Source of the DNA: Gemmatimonadales bacterium
GTDB taxonomy: Bacteria; Gemmatimonadota; Gemmatimonadetes; Gemmatimonadales; GWC2-71-9
NCBI GenBank assembly: GCA_036769285.1
Contig: DAIPLK010000009.1
Location: 1-37,262, forward strand
Direction: 5' to 3'
DNA length: 37,262 bases
Position numbers and translations under genes: made by a program. Below, piece by piece: positions 17,007 to 26,043 of this stretch. The notes below the pieces were generated by a model. The model did not search any database and was not told where the DNA came from. It was given only the letters and a program-made list of their open reading frames with translations. Numbering within the stretch: position 1 is the first letter of the stretch; every line of letters starts with the position of its first letter.

Positions 17007-18280
17007 TGGCCGACGCCCTCAAGGATCGCTCGATGCTCCTCCAGAAGGAGATGCTCGCGAGCCACATGGCGCGGCTGGAGCAGGCCCCCGAGACCGGCGA
17101 ACCGGTGGTCTACACCTTCGTGCCGGGCAACCTGACCGAGTTGATCAGATCGTTTGGCGCGCTGCCGGTGCTGCCGGAGATCAACGCGCTCCAGTCGGGC
17201 ATGCGGAAGCTGTCGGGGGATTATATCGCCGAGGCAGAGCGGGCGGGCCACTCCGAAGACGTGTGCACCTACGTCAAGTGCGACATCGGGATGCTCCGCT
17301 CCGGGAACCTGGGCCCCTCGGGAACCAAGCTCCCCAAGCCCGACCTGCTGCTCCTGTCGTACACCGGCTGCTACACGTTCATGAAGTGGTTCGAGCTGCT
17401 GCGGGAGGAGTACGACTGCCCGGTGGTCTTCTTCCACGTCCCCTACCAGGGCGACGGCGTGCTCGAGCCGGAGCACCGAACCTACATGCTCCGGCAGCTC
17501 CGGGAGCAGGTGATTCCGGCGCTCGAGCGGGCCACCGGCCGGAAGTATGACGAGGACGCGCTGCGCCACAGTCTCGGCCTCGCCGCCGAGGCGGAGGACG
17601 ACCTGGTCGCCGTACTGCATGCGGGCAAGCGCCGGCCCAGCCCGATCGACGGGTATTTCGGCACGGTCTATTACGTCGGGCCGATGTTCAGCGCCTTCCG
17701 GGGGACGCCGGAAGGGGTCGAGTACTACCGGACTCTCCGGCAGGAAGTCGAGGAGCGGGCGGCCGCCGGTCTCGGCCCGATCACCCCGGACGGGCCGCTC
17801 AACGACCAGCGCTATCGCCTGGTGGTCGAGGGACCGCCCAACTGGACCAGCTTTCGCGACTTCTGGAAAATGTTCTCGGACGAGGGGGCCGTCGTGGTGG
17901 CGTCGACCTACAGCAAGGTGGGTGGCACCTACGACTTCGGCTTTCGGCACAACCCGGCCGATCCCCTCGGGACGCTGGCCGACTACTGCAGCGGTTGCTA
18001 CACCAACCTCAACCTTCCCGCGCGGGTCGACATGCTGGCCCGCTATATCCAGGAGTACCAGGCCGACGGGTTCCTGATCAACTCGGTCAAGTCGTGCAAC
18101 TCCTTCTCCGCCGGGCAACTGCTGATTCTCCGGGAGGTGGAGAAGCGGACCGGGATGCCCGGCGCATTCATCGAGTCAGACCTGGTGGATCCCCGCTATT
18201 TCTCCGCGGCAAACATCAAGAACCGGCTGGAGAGCTACTTCCAGATGATCGACGCGCGCCGGCGGGGGAAGACGGCATGA
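17006..18280 (+). CDS. bcrB: Class I benzoyl-CoA reductase subunit B (BcrB/BadE type)
   Basis: 424 aa with long stretches matching my recollection of BcrB/BadE: [83 protein letters not shown] and [23 protein letters not shown]. The ATG overlaps the bcrC stop (TGATG). Confidence 0.9.
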   Translation: MADALKDRSMLLQKEMLASHMARLEQAPETGEPVVYTFVPGNLTELIRSFGALPVLPEINALQSGMRKLSGDYIAEAERAGHSEDVCTYVKCDIGMLRSGNLGPSGTKLPKPDLLLLSYTGCYTFMKWFELLREEYDCPVVFFHVPYQGDGVLEPEHRTYMLRQLREQVIPALERATGRKYDEDALRHSLGLAAEAEDDLVAVLHAGKRRPSPIDGYFGTVYYVGPMFSAFRGTPEGVEYYRTLRQEVEERAAAGLGPITPDGPLNDQRYRLVVEGPPNWTSFRDFWKMFSDEGAVVVASTYSKVGGTYDFGFRHNPADPLGTLADYCSGCYTNLNLPARVDMLARYIQEYQADGFLINSVKSCNSFSAGQLLILREVEKRTGMPGAFIESDLVDPRYFSAANIKNRLESYFQMIDARRRGKTA

Positions 18281-19548
18281 CCTGCGTCGTCGGCATCGAC
18301 CTGGGCTCGACCACCACCAAGGCGATCATCCTCGATGAGAACCAGCGGGTCCTGGGGCGGGGCATCACCAACTCGCGGTCCAACTACGAGCTCGCCGCGG
18401 CGGTGGCGCGCACCGAGGCCGTCATCAACGCCCGCTTCGGGATGGTCCACCAGCGGGCGGAGGAGTTGGGGGCGGCCGATGCTGTCGGGCGGCTTCGGCG
18501 GGCATTCGTGCTCGAGCAGATGCTGCACCAGCTGCGACACCTCGAGCGGCTGACTCTTGAGGAGGTGGCCCACTCGGCGCCCGCCGGTCTCCGGGCGCCG
18601 TTCGCCGGGGCCCTCTCGGAGATCTGCCGCCGGATCGCGGCGGAGGAGGAGGCCCGCTTCACCCAGCCGCCGCTCCTGCGCTCGGACTTCTTCCGCGACG
18701 CGGCCGGCTCGGCCTTCATGCGCATCGCGGAGGAGATCGCCGATCCCAACGGGGTGAGCTTCGACCGGCTGATCGGCGTCTACGACAAGTGCATCATCCG
18801 AGTGGAGAACGAGCCGCTGGATCTGGACTTCCGCGATCACATCGGGTCCGCGCTGCAGCGGGTCGGCAATCCGCCCGGCCTGGCCGACGCGGTGGACATG
18901 GCGGTGGCCAGCGACCTCACCCCGGCCGCGACGGTGGGCACCGGCTACGGCCGGGCCCGCCTGCCGTTCCCCAAGGAGCAGATTCGATCGGAGATCCTGT
19001 GCCACGGGCTCGGGGCGCATGCGCTGTTTCCGGAAACCCGCACGGTGCTCGACATCGGGGGCCAGGACACCAAGGCGATCCAGGTGGATTCGGCAGGGAT
19101 CGTGACCAGCTTTCAGATGAACGACCGCTGCGCCGCGGGGTGTGGCCGCTATCTCGGCTACATCGCCGACGAGATGAATCTCGGGCTCCATGAATTGGGT
19201 CCCCTCGCCGAGCAGTCGCGGCGCTGCGTCAAGATCAGCTCCACCTGCACCGTGTTCGCCGGCGCGGAGCTGCGCGAGCGGCTCTCCCTGGGTGAGAAGC
19301 GGGAAGACATCCTCGCCGGGCTCCACCGCGCGATCATCCTCCGCGCCATGAGCCTCCTGGCGCGCTCGGGCGGCGTGTCCGACGAATTCACCTTCACTGG
19401 CGGTGTGGCCAAGAACCCCGCCGCGGTGCGCGCCCTCCGCGAGCTGGTGGGGGAGAACTACGGCGAGCGGACGCTCAACATCTCGCCCGACAGCATCTAT
19501 ACCGGCGCGTTGGGCGCGGCCATCTTCGCCGCGAGGACGCTGGACTGA
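18277..19548 (+). CDS. bcrA: Class I benzoyl-CoA reductase subunit A (BcrA/BadF type ATPase)
   Basis: 423 aa BcrAD/BadFG-family ATPase. Motifs: [22 protein letters not shown], cluster-ligand contexts [12 protein letters not shown] and [11 protein letters not shown], and the long insertion after the first phosphate loop that is typical of BcrA. There is an ATGA overlap with bcrB. Confidence 0.88.
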   Translation: MTCVVGIDLGSTTTKAIILDENQRVLGRGITNSRSNYELAAAVARTEAVINARFGMVHQRAEELGAADAVGRLRRAFVLEQMLHQLRHLERLTLEEVAHSAPAGLRAPFAGALSEICRRIAAEEEARFTQPPLLRSDFFRDAAGSAFMRIAEEIADPNGVSFDRLIGVYDKCIIRVENEPLDLDFRDHIGSALQRVGNPPGLADAVDMAVASDLTPAATVGTGYGRARLPFPKEQIRSEILCHGLGAHALFPETRTVLDIGGQDTKAIQVDSAGIVTSFQMNDRCAAGCGRYLGYIADEMNLGLHELGPLAEQSRRCVKISSTCTVFAGAELRERLSLGEKREDILAGLHRAIILRAMSLLARSGGVSDEFTFTGGVAKNPAAVRALRELVGENYGERTLNISPDSIYTGALGAAIFAARTLD

Positions 19549-20399
19549 TGCCCGTCACCAGTGGTATCGACGTCGGCAGCGGCGCGGTCAAGGCCGTGGT
19601 CATGGGCACCGATGACCAGGGCGAGGAGCGGCTGCTCGCCAAGGTGTCGTCGCGCATCCGCCGCCGGGAGGTGGCCAAGGTGGTGGACGAGGTATTCCAC
19701 GCCGCGGTCGAGCAGGCCGGGGCCGGCGAGCCAGACTACATCGCCACGACCGGAGAGGGCGAGGAAGTTCCGTTCGCGACCGGGCATTTCTACGGCATGA
19801 CGACCCACGCCCGGGGAGCCCTGTACCTCGAACCCCGGGCTCGCGCAGTGCTGGACGTGGGGGCCCTCCACACGCGCGCGGTGGCGATGGACGGGCGGGG
19901 CCGGGTCCTGGACTACAAGATGACGAGCCAGTGCGCCTCCGGATCCGGCCAGTTCCTGGAGAACATCGCCCGCTATCTCGGCGTCTCCCAGGAGGAGATC
20001 GGCCCGCTCTCCCTCCAGGGAAAGAATCCTGAGAAGGTCAGCTCGATCTGCGCGGTGCTGGCGGAGACCGACGTGATCAACATGGTCTCGCGCGGCATCA
20101 CCACCCCCGACATCCTGCGCGGGGTGCACGACAGCATGGCGGACCGGTTCGCCCGGTTGCTTCGCTCCCTTCAGTTCGACGGCGCGATCTTCGTGAGCGG
20201 CGGGCTCGCCTCCGACCTGGGGCTGCGGGCGGCCCTGAAGGATGCGCTCGACAAGCGGATGCCCGCGGGCACCGCGAGCCGGGAGGTGGTCACCCACCCG
20301 GACGCCATCTTCGCGGGGGCCATCGGCGCGGCGCTTCACGGCGGCTTCCGCCATCGGAAGCTGCAACGGGCCGCCGGAACCCGGGCCGAAGCCGACTAG
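19548..20399 (+). CDS. bcrD: Class I benzoyl-CoA reductase subunit D (BcrD/BadG type ATPase)
   Basis: 283 aa with GIDVGSGAVKAV, SQCASGSGQFLE and SSICAVLAETDV, and a degenerate second phosphate loop (LDVGALHTRAV) as in BcrD-type subunits. There is a TGATG overlap with bcrA. Confidence 0.88.
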   Translation: MPVTSGIDVGSGAVKAVVMGTDDQGEERLLAKVSSRIRRREVAKVVDEVFHAAVEQAGAGEPDYIATTGEGEEVPFATGHFYGMTTHARGALYLEPRARAVLDVGALHTRAVAMDGRGRVLDYKMTSQCASGSGQFLENIARYLGVSQEEIGPLSLQGKNPEKVSSICAVLAETDVINMVSRGITTPDILRGVHDSMADRFARLLRSLQFDGAIFVSGGLASDLGLRAALKDALDKRMPAGTASREVVTHPDAIFAGAIGAALHGGFRHRKLQRAAGTRAEAD

Positions 20400-20417
20400 G
20401 CAAAGGGGAACGAGGTC

Positions 20418-21296
20418 ATGGGAATCACCGCCATCGGGTACCACCGGCCGGCCACCCTGGCCGATGCCTGCGAGCTGGGCAGGCGGCTGGGGAGCGAGGG
20501 CGCGTTCCTGGCCGGCGGCACCGAGCTGCTGCCGGATTACCAACGGGAGCGCGAGACGGCGCTGCACCTGATCGCGCTCGATGCCATCGAGGAGCTCCGC
20601 GGCATCCGGATCGACGGCAACCAGCTCCGAATCGGTGCCCTGACGACGGTCGCCCAGGTCGCGGCATCACGGCAGGTGCGGGAGTGGTTTCCGGCCCTGG
20701 CCGAGGCCGCGGGCGCCATCGGGAGTCCCCCCATCCGGAGCCGCGCCACGATCGGGGGCAATTTCTGCCGCGCGGTGCCGTGCGCCGACACCCCACCGGC
20801 CGCCGTCGTTGGCGGGGCGCGGGTGCGACTCATGGGGCCCGAGGGAACCCGCGAGTTCGAGGCCGCGCACTTCTTCGTCGCACCACGCCGAACCGTGCTC
20901 CAACCGGGCGAGCTGCTGGTCGAGATCGTGATTCCGGAGCAGCCCGCGCTTTCGGGCGCGAGCTACCAGCGCTTCGCCCGCCGGCGCGGCTCCGCCCTGC
21001 CGGTCGCGGCCGTGGCAGCGCGGCTGGAGTTCGCTGATGGCAAGATCACCGGCGCCCGAATCGCACTCGGCGCGGTCGCCCCGGTCCCACTGCTGGCTCA
21101 ACGCTCGGCGGCGGTCGTGGTGGGGGAGTCGCCCACGGCGGAGCTGTTTGCGCTGGCCGCCGCGGTGAGCGCCGAGGAGGCGCTGCCCATTTCCGACGTT
21201 CGCGGCTCGGCCGCCTTCCGGCGCGAGTTGGTAGCGGTCCTGACACGGCGAGCCCTCGCCGAGGCGGCGCGGCGAGCCGGGGTGAAGCCGGCATGA
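20418..21296 (+). CDS. Xanthine-dehydrogenase/CO-dehydrogenase-family FAD-binding (medium) subunit
   Basis: 292 aa with FLAGGTELLP, RSRATIGGNF and C-terminal SDVRGSAAFRRELV, typical of CoxM/XdhB-type FAD subunits. Confidence 0.88.
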   Translation: MGITAIGYHRPATLADACELGRRLGSEGAFLAGGTELLPDYQRERETALHLIALDAIEELRGIRIDGNQLRIGALTTVAQVAASRQVREWFPALAEAAGAIGSPPIRSRATIGGNFCRAVPCADTPPAAVVGGARVRLMGPEGTREFEAAHFFVAPRRTVLQPGELLVEIVIPEQPALSGASYQRFARRRGSALPVAAVAARLEFADGKITGARIALGAVAPVPLLAQRSAAVVVGESPTAELFALAAAVSAEEALPISDVRGSAAFRRELVAVLTRRALAEAARRAGVKPA

Positions 21297-24157
21297 GCGA
21301 CGAGATGCTGGTGCGGCTCACGGTCAACGGCGATGACCACACCCTGGCGGTGAGGCCGAGCACCACGCTCCTCCAGGCCCTGCGGGACCTGCTGGATCTG
21401 ACGGGCACCAAACACGGGTGTGGCACCGGAGACTGCGGGGCCTGCACGGTGCAGGTGGACGGCGACCCGGTCGCCTCCTGCCTGACTCTCGCGGCCGCCG
21501 TCGACGGGAAGCGGGTCACCACGGTCGAGGGACTCGCCCGGGGTGCTGACCTGCATCCGCTGCAGAAGGCCTTCGTCAAGCACGGAGCCCTGCAGTGCGG
21601 CTTCTGCACCTCCGGCACGCTCATGTCCGCCAAGGCGCTCATCGACCGGAATCCGAGCCCGTCGGAGGAGGAGATCAAGGAGGCGCTGAGCGGCAACCTC
21701 TGCCGCTGCGGGACCTACCCCAGGATCATTCAGGCGGTGCGGGAGTGGCAGGAGTTCGAAGGCACGCCCCTCGACACCAAGCCGCGCGCGCACGGCGAGC
21801 AGGACCAACGGCGAGACCACGCGGTGGTCGGCCACGCGGTGACCCGCTGCGATGCCCCCGACAAGGTGACCGGGCGGGCCAAGTACACCGCCGACCTGCG
21901 GCTCCCGGGCATGCTGCACGGCAAGATCCTGGGCAGCCCGATCGCGCACGGCCTGATCAAGCGGATCGACGTCTCCAGGGCCCGCGCGCTTCCCGGCGTG
22001 CTCGCGGTGATCACCGGGGCCGACGTGCCGAAGACCTGGTACGGCGTGAGCCCGGCGCGCGAGGACGAGCAGATTCTGGCCCAGGACCGGGTCCGCTACG
22101 TGGGCGACGAAATCGCCGCCGTCGCGGCGGTGGACCTGGAGACGGCCGAGCGGGCCATCAAGTGCATCGAGGTGGAGTTCGAGGAGTTGCCCGCGGTGTT
22201 CGACCCGGACGCCGCCATGGCGCCCGGGGCGCCGCTCATCCACCCGGAGCACCCCCGCTACGCCGGCAACGTCAACACCCGGGTGGATTGGCATTTCGGC
22301 AACGTGGCGGAGGGGCTCGCACAGGCGGACCTCGTGCGGACCCAGCGGTTCGTCGGCAACCGCACGTACCAGAGCCCGCTGGAACCGCACGCGGCGCTGG
22401 CCCGGTGGGAGCCTCACGGCGACCGCCTGACGATCTGGTCGTCCACCCAGACGCCGCACTACCTCCACCGCTCGCTGGCGCGGACGCTGGACATCCCGAT
22501 GGGGAACATCCGGGTCATCCGGCCGGCGGTGGGCGGCGGCTTCGGCGCCAAGGCGGAGGCGACGCCGCTCGATTTCTGCGCCGCGATCCTCGCCCGAACG
22601 ACCGGCCGGCCGGTGATGATGGCCTACTCCCGGGAGGAGATGCACCGCCACTTCCGCGGCCGCCACAAGCAATACATCGACCTCACGATCGGGGTGAAGC
22701 GGGACGGCACCATCACCGCCGTGGACCAGCGGGTGGTGCTCGATGGCGGCGCCTACACCTCCTTCGGTGTGATCACGGCGTATTACGCCGGGTCGATGCT
22801 CCCCACGTTGTACAAGATGCCGCACTACCGGTACGAGGGGATCCGGGTGTACACCAACCTGCCCGCGTCGGGCGCCTTCCGGGGCCACGGCGTGCCCCAG
22901 CCCCGGTTCGCCTTCGAGTCCCTCCTCGACATGATCGCCGAGGACCTTGGCATGGATCCGCTGGAGCTTCGGCTGCGCAACGCCATGCAGCCGGGCACCC
23001 GGACCTGCAACGCCCTCGACGTCTCGTCGTGCGAGCTCACCCAAACCCTCGAGCGGGCGCGCGAGGCGTCGGGCTGGCGGGCCAAGAAGGGGCGGCTCCC
23101 TCGCGGCAAAGGCATCGGCGTGGGATGCGGCGGGTTCGTCTCGGGGGCGGCATACCCGATCTACCGATCCGACTTCCCGCACTCGAATGCCATGATCCGG
23201 GTCCAGGAGGATGGGACCGCGGTGTCGCTCCACATCGCCGCGGCCGAGATCGGGCAGGGGTCGGACACGGTGATGGTCCAGATCGCGGCGGAAGAGCTGG
23301 GTGTCCCGTACGACCGGGTGTGGCTGGCGGAGTGCGATACCGTGCTGAGCCCGCTCGACCTCGGGGCCTATTCCAGCCGCCTGACGCTGATGGGCGGCAA
23401 CGCCGTCCGGATGGCGGCGCAGCAGGTGAAGGCCCGGTTGCTGGCGGTCGCCGCCAAGGAGCTGGGGTGCGATCCCGCGAGCCTGGTCGCCCGAAACGGG
23501 CGGATCTTCGTCCAGGGAGACCCCGCGAAGGGCCTCGAGTGGGCGGCGGCCGCCCGGCTGGCGTTTTCCCGCGAGGGGCCGGTGGTCGGCGTGGGCTCGT
23601 ACCAGCCGCCCAAGCACCTCGGCGGTGACTTCAAGGGCGGCACCGTCGGCACTTCGCCGGCCTACAGCTTCTCCACCGTCGTGGCCGAGGTCACCGTCGA
23701 TCTCGAGACCGGCTACGTCACGGTGGACCGCGTCACCGACTTCAGCGATGCCGGCACGGTCATCAACCCCGCGACCTTCCACGGCCAGGTGGAAGGATCC
23801 ATCGTGATGGGGCTGGGGGAGACGTTGCTGGAGGACACCGTGGTGGGGCAAGGAGGCCGTTTGGCCAATCCGAACCTGCACGACTATCTGATCCCCACCA
23901 TCGGCGACACGCCGGAAATCACCACCGTGGCGGTGGAGAGCTACGAGCCGCACGGGCCGTTCGGCGCCAAGGAAATCGGGGAGGGTTCCCTCCTGCCCGT
24001 GCTGGGCGCGATCGCCAACGCGATCTACGACGCCTGCGGCGTGCGCGTGATGGAGCTCCCCATCACCCCAGAAAAGATTCTCGCAGCCCTGAAGGCTGGC
24101 CACCCGAGGGAGCCCGGAATCCCGACCGTCGCCAGAGAGGAGACACCGACCCGATGA
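21293..24157 (+). CDS. Fused [2Fe-2S] small subunit + molybdopterin-binding large subunit of an XDH-family oxidoreductase
   Basis: 954 aa. The N-terminal 155 aa or so carry both 2Fe-2S motifs (CGTGDCGACTV, CGFCTSG...CRCGTY). The remainder is aldehyde oxidase/XDH a/b-hammerhead plus Moco domains (VTGRAKYTADL, AVGGGFGAKAEA, RGHGVPQ, GAKEIGEG). There is an ATGA overlap with the FAD subunit gene. Confidence 0.9.
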   Translation: MSDEMLVRLTVNGDDHTLAVRPSTTLLQALRDLLDLTGTKHGCGTGDCGACTVQVDGDPVASCLTLAAAVDGKRVTTVEGLARGADLHPLQKAFVKHGALQCGFCTSGTLMSAKALIDRNPSPSEEEIKEALSGNLCRCGTYPRIIQAVREWQEFEGTPLDTKPRAHGEQDQRRDHAVVGHAVTRCDAPDKVTGRAKYTADLRLPGMLHGKILGSPIAHGLIKRIDVSRARALPGVLAVITGADVPKTWYGVSPAREDEQILAQDRVRYVGDEIAAVAAVDLETAERAIKCIEVEFEELPAVFDPDAAMAPGAPLIHPEHPRYAGNVNTRVDWHFGNVAEGLAQADLVRTQRFVGNRTYQSPLEPHAALARWEPHGDRLTIWSSTQTPHYLHRSLARTLDIPMGNIRVIRPAVGGGFGAKAEATPLDFCAAILARTTGRPVMMAYSREEMHRHFRGRHKQYIDLTIGVKRDGTITAVDQRVVLDGGAYTSFGVITAYYAGSMLPTLYKMPHYRYEGIRVYTNLPASGAFRGHGVPQPRFAFESLLDMIAEDLGMDPLELRLRNAMQPGTRTCNALDVSSCELTQTLERAREASGWRAKKGRLPRGKGIGVGCGGFVSGAAYPIYRSDFPHSNAMIRVQEDGTAVSLHIAAAEIGQGSDTVMVQIAAEELGVPYDRVWLAECDTVLSPLDLGAYSSRLTLMGGNAVRMAAQQVKARLLAVAAKELGCDPASLVARNGRIFVQGDPAKGLEWAAAARLAFSREGPVVGVGSYQPPKHLGGDFKGGTVGTSPAYSFSTVVAEVTVDLETGYVTVDRVTDFSDAGTVINPATFHGQVEGSIVMGLGETLLEDTVVGQGGRLANPNLHDYLIPTIGDTPEITTVAVESYEPHGPFGAKEIGEGSLLPVLGAIANAIYDACGVRVMELPITPEKILAALKAGHPREPGIPTVAREETPTR

Positions 24158-24792
24158 CCATGCGCGGAGGCCTCGAGGTCATGGAGCCGCGGCGCAACCG
24201 CCCGCGGGCCGCGACGCAACAGAAGCTCGATCATCTCCTGGCGACGGCGGCCGCGCTGATCGCGGAGAAGGGGTACCGGGCGACATCGTTGCGCGACGTG
24301 AGCCGGGCGATCGGAGTGAGCGTCGCCGGACTCTACCACTATTTCACCAGCAAGGAGGACCTGCTCTACCAGCTCCAGTACCGGACCTTTGCGGCGCTGC
24401 TCCAGGCGCAGGAGGAGCGGGCCAGCGAGCCGGGCACGCCGGAGGACCGCTTCCGGCGGCTGATCGTCGGGCACCTGGAATTCTTCGCCAGCCACCCCAA
24501 CGAGCTCAAGCTGTGCACCTACGAATTAGAGTCCCTCAAGGGGGACGCGTTCGCCACGGTGGAGGCGCTGCGCCGTCGGTACTACCGGCTGGTCACCTCG
24601 GTCGTCGCCGAGCTGATGGAGGGGTGGGGCCCCGATGGCGCGGAATCGAAGCGGAGCCGGCACGCCGCGCTGTTCGTCTTCGGGATGCTGAACTGGATGT
24701 TCATGTGGTATGACCCCACGCGCCACGGGACCCTGGCGGACATCGGCGACGAAATGGTCGAGTTCGCCCTGAACGGTCTCCGGCGCAGGTGA
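24154..24792 (+). CDS. TetR/AcrR-family transcriptional regulator
   Basis: N-terminal HTH KGYRATSLRDVSRAIGVSVAGLYHYFTSKEDLL. ATG 24154 overlaps the upstream stop (ATGA); ATG 24181 is an alternative. Confidence 0.88.
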   Translation: MTMRGGLEVMEPRRNRPRAATQQKLDHLLATAAALIAEKGYRATSLRDVSRAIGVSVAGLYHYFTSKEDLLYQLQYRTFAALLQAQEERASEPGTPEDRFRRLIVGHLEFFASHPNELKLCTYELESLKGDAFATVEALRRRYYRLVTSVVAELMEGWGPDGAESKRSRHAALFVFGMLNWMFMWYDPTRHGTLADIGDEMVEFALNGLRRR

Positions 24793-24808
24793 CGGAGGAC
24801 AGCCCCTG

Positions 24809-26020
24809 ATGCAATTCACGGATGTGTGGATCCCCTACGGTGCCTACTGGGCATCGCCCTTCGCAGCGTGGCAAGGAAGCTTCGCCACCTTGCCGCCGAT
24901 CCCCTTCGCGGCGGACCTGGCGAAGCGGGCCCTGGCGGAGCGCGGGATCGCGCCGGCGCAGATCGATGGGCTGTGCCTCGGTACCACGGTCCCCAGCCAG
25001 CACTCGTTCTACGGCGCTCCATGGTTCGCCGGGCTCGCGGGCCTGTGTCATCTGAGCGGCCCCACGATCAACCAGGCGTGCGCGACCGCCGTCCGCTGCG
25101 TGGTGCAGGGCGCCCAGGAGCTGGCCGCCGGCAGCGCCACGGTCTACCTCGCGGCCACCGCCGACCGGACCAGCAATGGTCCCCACCTCTACTACCCGAA
25201 TCCGGGCGGCGCCGGCGGCACCGGGCAGTCGGAGGATTGGGTGCTGGACAACTTCGGGCGCGACCCCTACGCCGGGAACTCGATGATCCAGACGGCGGAG
25301 AACGTGGCCCGTGAAGCGGGCATCAGCCGGGAGGCGCAGGAGGAGATGACGCTCCTCCGCTATCGCCAATACCAGCGCGCCCTGGAGCACGACGGCGCGT
25401 TTCAGGCGCGCTACCTGGTCCGGCCGGTGGAAATTCGGGACGGGCGGGGACGCAAGGTCCTGAAGACGGTGACCGGCGACGAGGGCATCCATCCGACGAC
25501 CGGCGAGGGTCTGGCGGCGCTCCGGCCGGTGATCGAGGGAGGCAGCGTGACCTTCGGTACCCAGACCCATCCGGCGGACGGGAATGCCGGGTGCGTTCTG
25601 GTGCGCGGCCGCGACCGGGCCCGCGCGCTCGGGAAGGACGGCGGTGTGGGGATCCAGCTGCTCTCCTACGGAGAGGCCCGGGTGAAACCGGGATTCATGC
25701 CGATGGCGGTGGCACCCGCGGCGCGGCTGGCGCTCGAACGCGCCGGCATCACCGCCGGCGACCTCGCCAGTGTCACCACGCACGCTCCGTTTGCCGTCAA
25801 CGATGTTTACCTCGCCCGGGAGCTGCGGCTCGACCCCGAGCGGATGAACCGCTACGGGTGCTCGCTCGTGTGGGGCCATCCGCAGGGGCCCACCGGGCTG
25901 CGCTCGATCATCGAGCTGATCGAGGATCTGGCCCTGCTGGGCGGCGGCTACGGTCTGTTCACCGGCTGCGCCGCCGGGGACAGCGCGGCCGCGGTGGTAC
26001 TCAAGGTCACGGAGAACTGA
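24809..26020 (+). CDS. Thiolase-family acetyl-CoA C-acyltransferase
   Basis: 403 aa with nucleophile context INQACATA, WGHPQGPTG (His) and C-terminal FTGCAAGDSAAAVVLKV. The RBS GGAGGA lies upstream. Confidence 0.85.
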   Translation: MQFTDVWIPYGAYWASPFAAWQGSFATLPPIPFAADLAKRALAERGIAPAQIDGLCLGTTVPSQHSFYGAPWFAGLAGLCHLSGPTINQACATAVRCVVQGAQELAAGSATVYLAATADRTSNGPHLYYPNPGGAGGTGQSEDWVLDNFGRDPYAGNSMIQTAENVAREAGISREAQEEMTLLRYRQYQRALEHDGAFQARYLVRPVEIRDGRGRKVLKTVTGDEGIHPTTGEGLAALRPVIEGGSVTFGTQTHPADGNAGCVLVRGRDRARALGKDGGVGIQLLSYGEARVKPGFMPMAVAPAARLALERAGITAGDLASVTTHAPFAVNDVYLARELRLDPERMNRYGCSLVWGHPQGPTGLRSIIELIEDLALLGGGYGLFTGCAAGDSAAAVVLKVTEN

Positions 26021-26043
26021 ACCGCACCGAAAGGAATCACCGT

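Noticed and set aside
21098-24103. 1001-aa ORF antisense to the molybdoenzyme gene. Similar long antisense or out-of-frame ORFs occur at 28372..30930, 33296..35776, 16622..18118, 25948..27366, 8645..10225, 3614..5137 and 69..1577.
   Set aside because: Their translations are Arg/Gly/Pro/His-rich low-complexity strings with no recognisable motifs. In very GC-rich DNA, stop codons are rare in non-coding frames. The opposite-strand genes all carry clear family signatures.
20418-24157. Firm annotation of the molybdoenzyme as 4-hydroxybenzoyl-CoA reductase (hcrABC).
   Set aside because: The context fits, but the subunit organisation differs (fused FeS-Moco). The FAD subunit also appears too short and too Cys-poor for the HcrB 4Fe-4S insertion. 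It is left as an XDH-family enzyme of unknown substrate.
25591-26043. N-terminal extensions of tracked ORFs: 25591 for the crotonase, 16904 for bcrB, 17995 for bcrA, 32532 for the second ATPase, 32969 for the ligase, 26768 for the SDR, and 10799..11311 at full length.
   Set aside because: The extensions overlap the preceding genes in another frame and translate to Arg/Pro/Gly-rich noise. Internal ATG/GTG codons with RBS or stop-start overlap give proteins of family-typical length.
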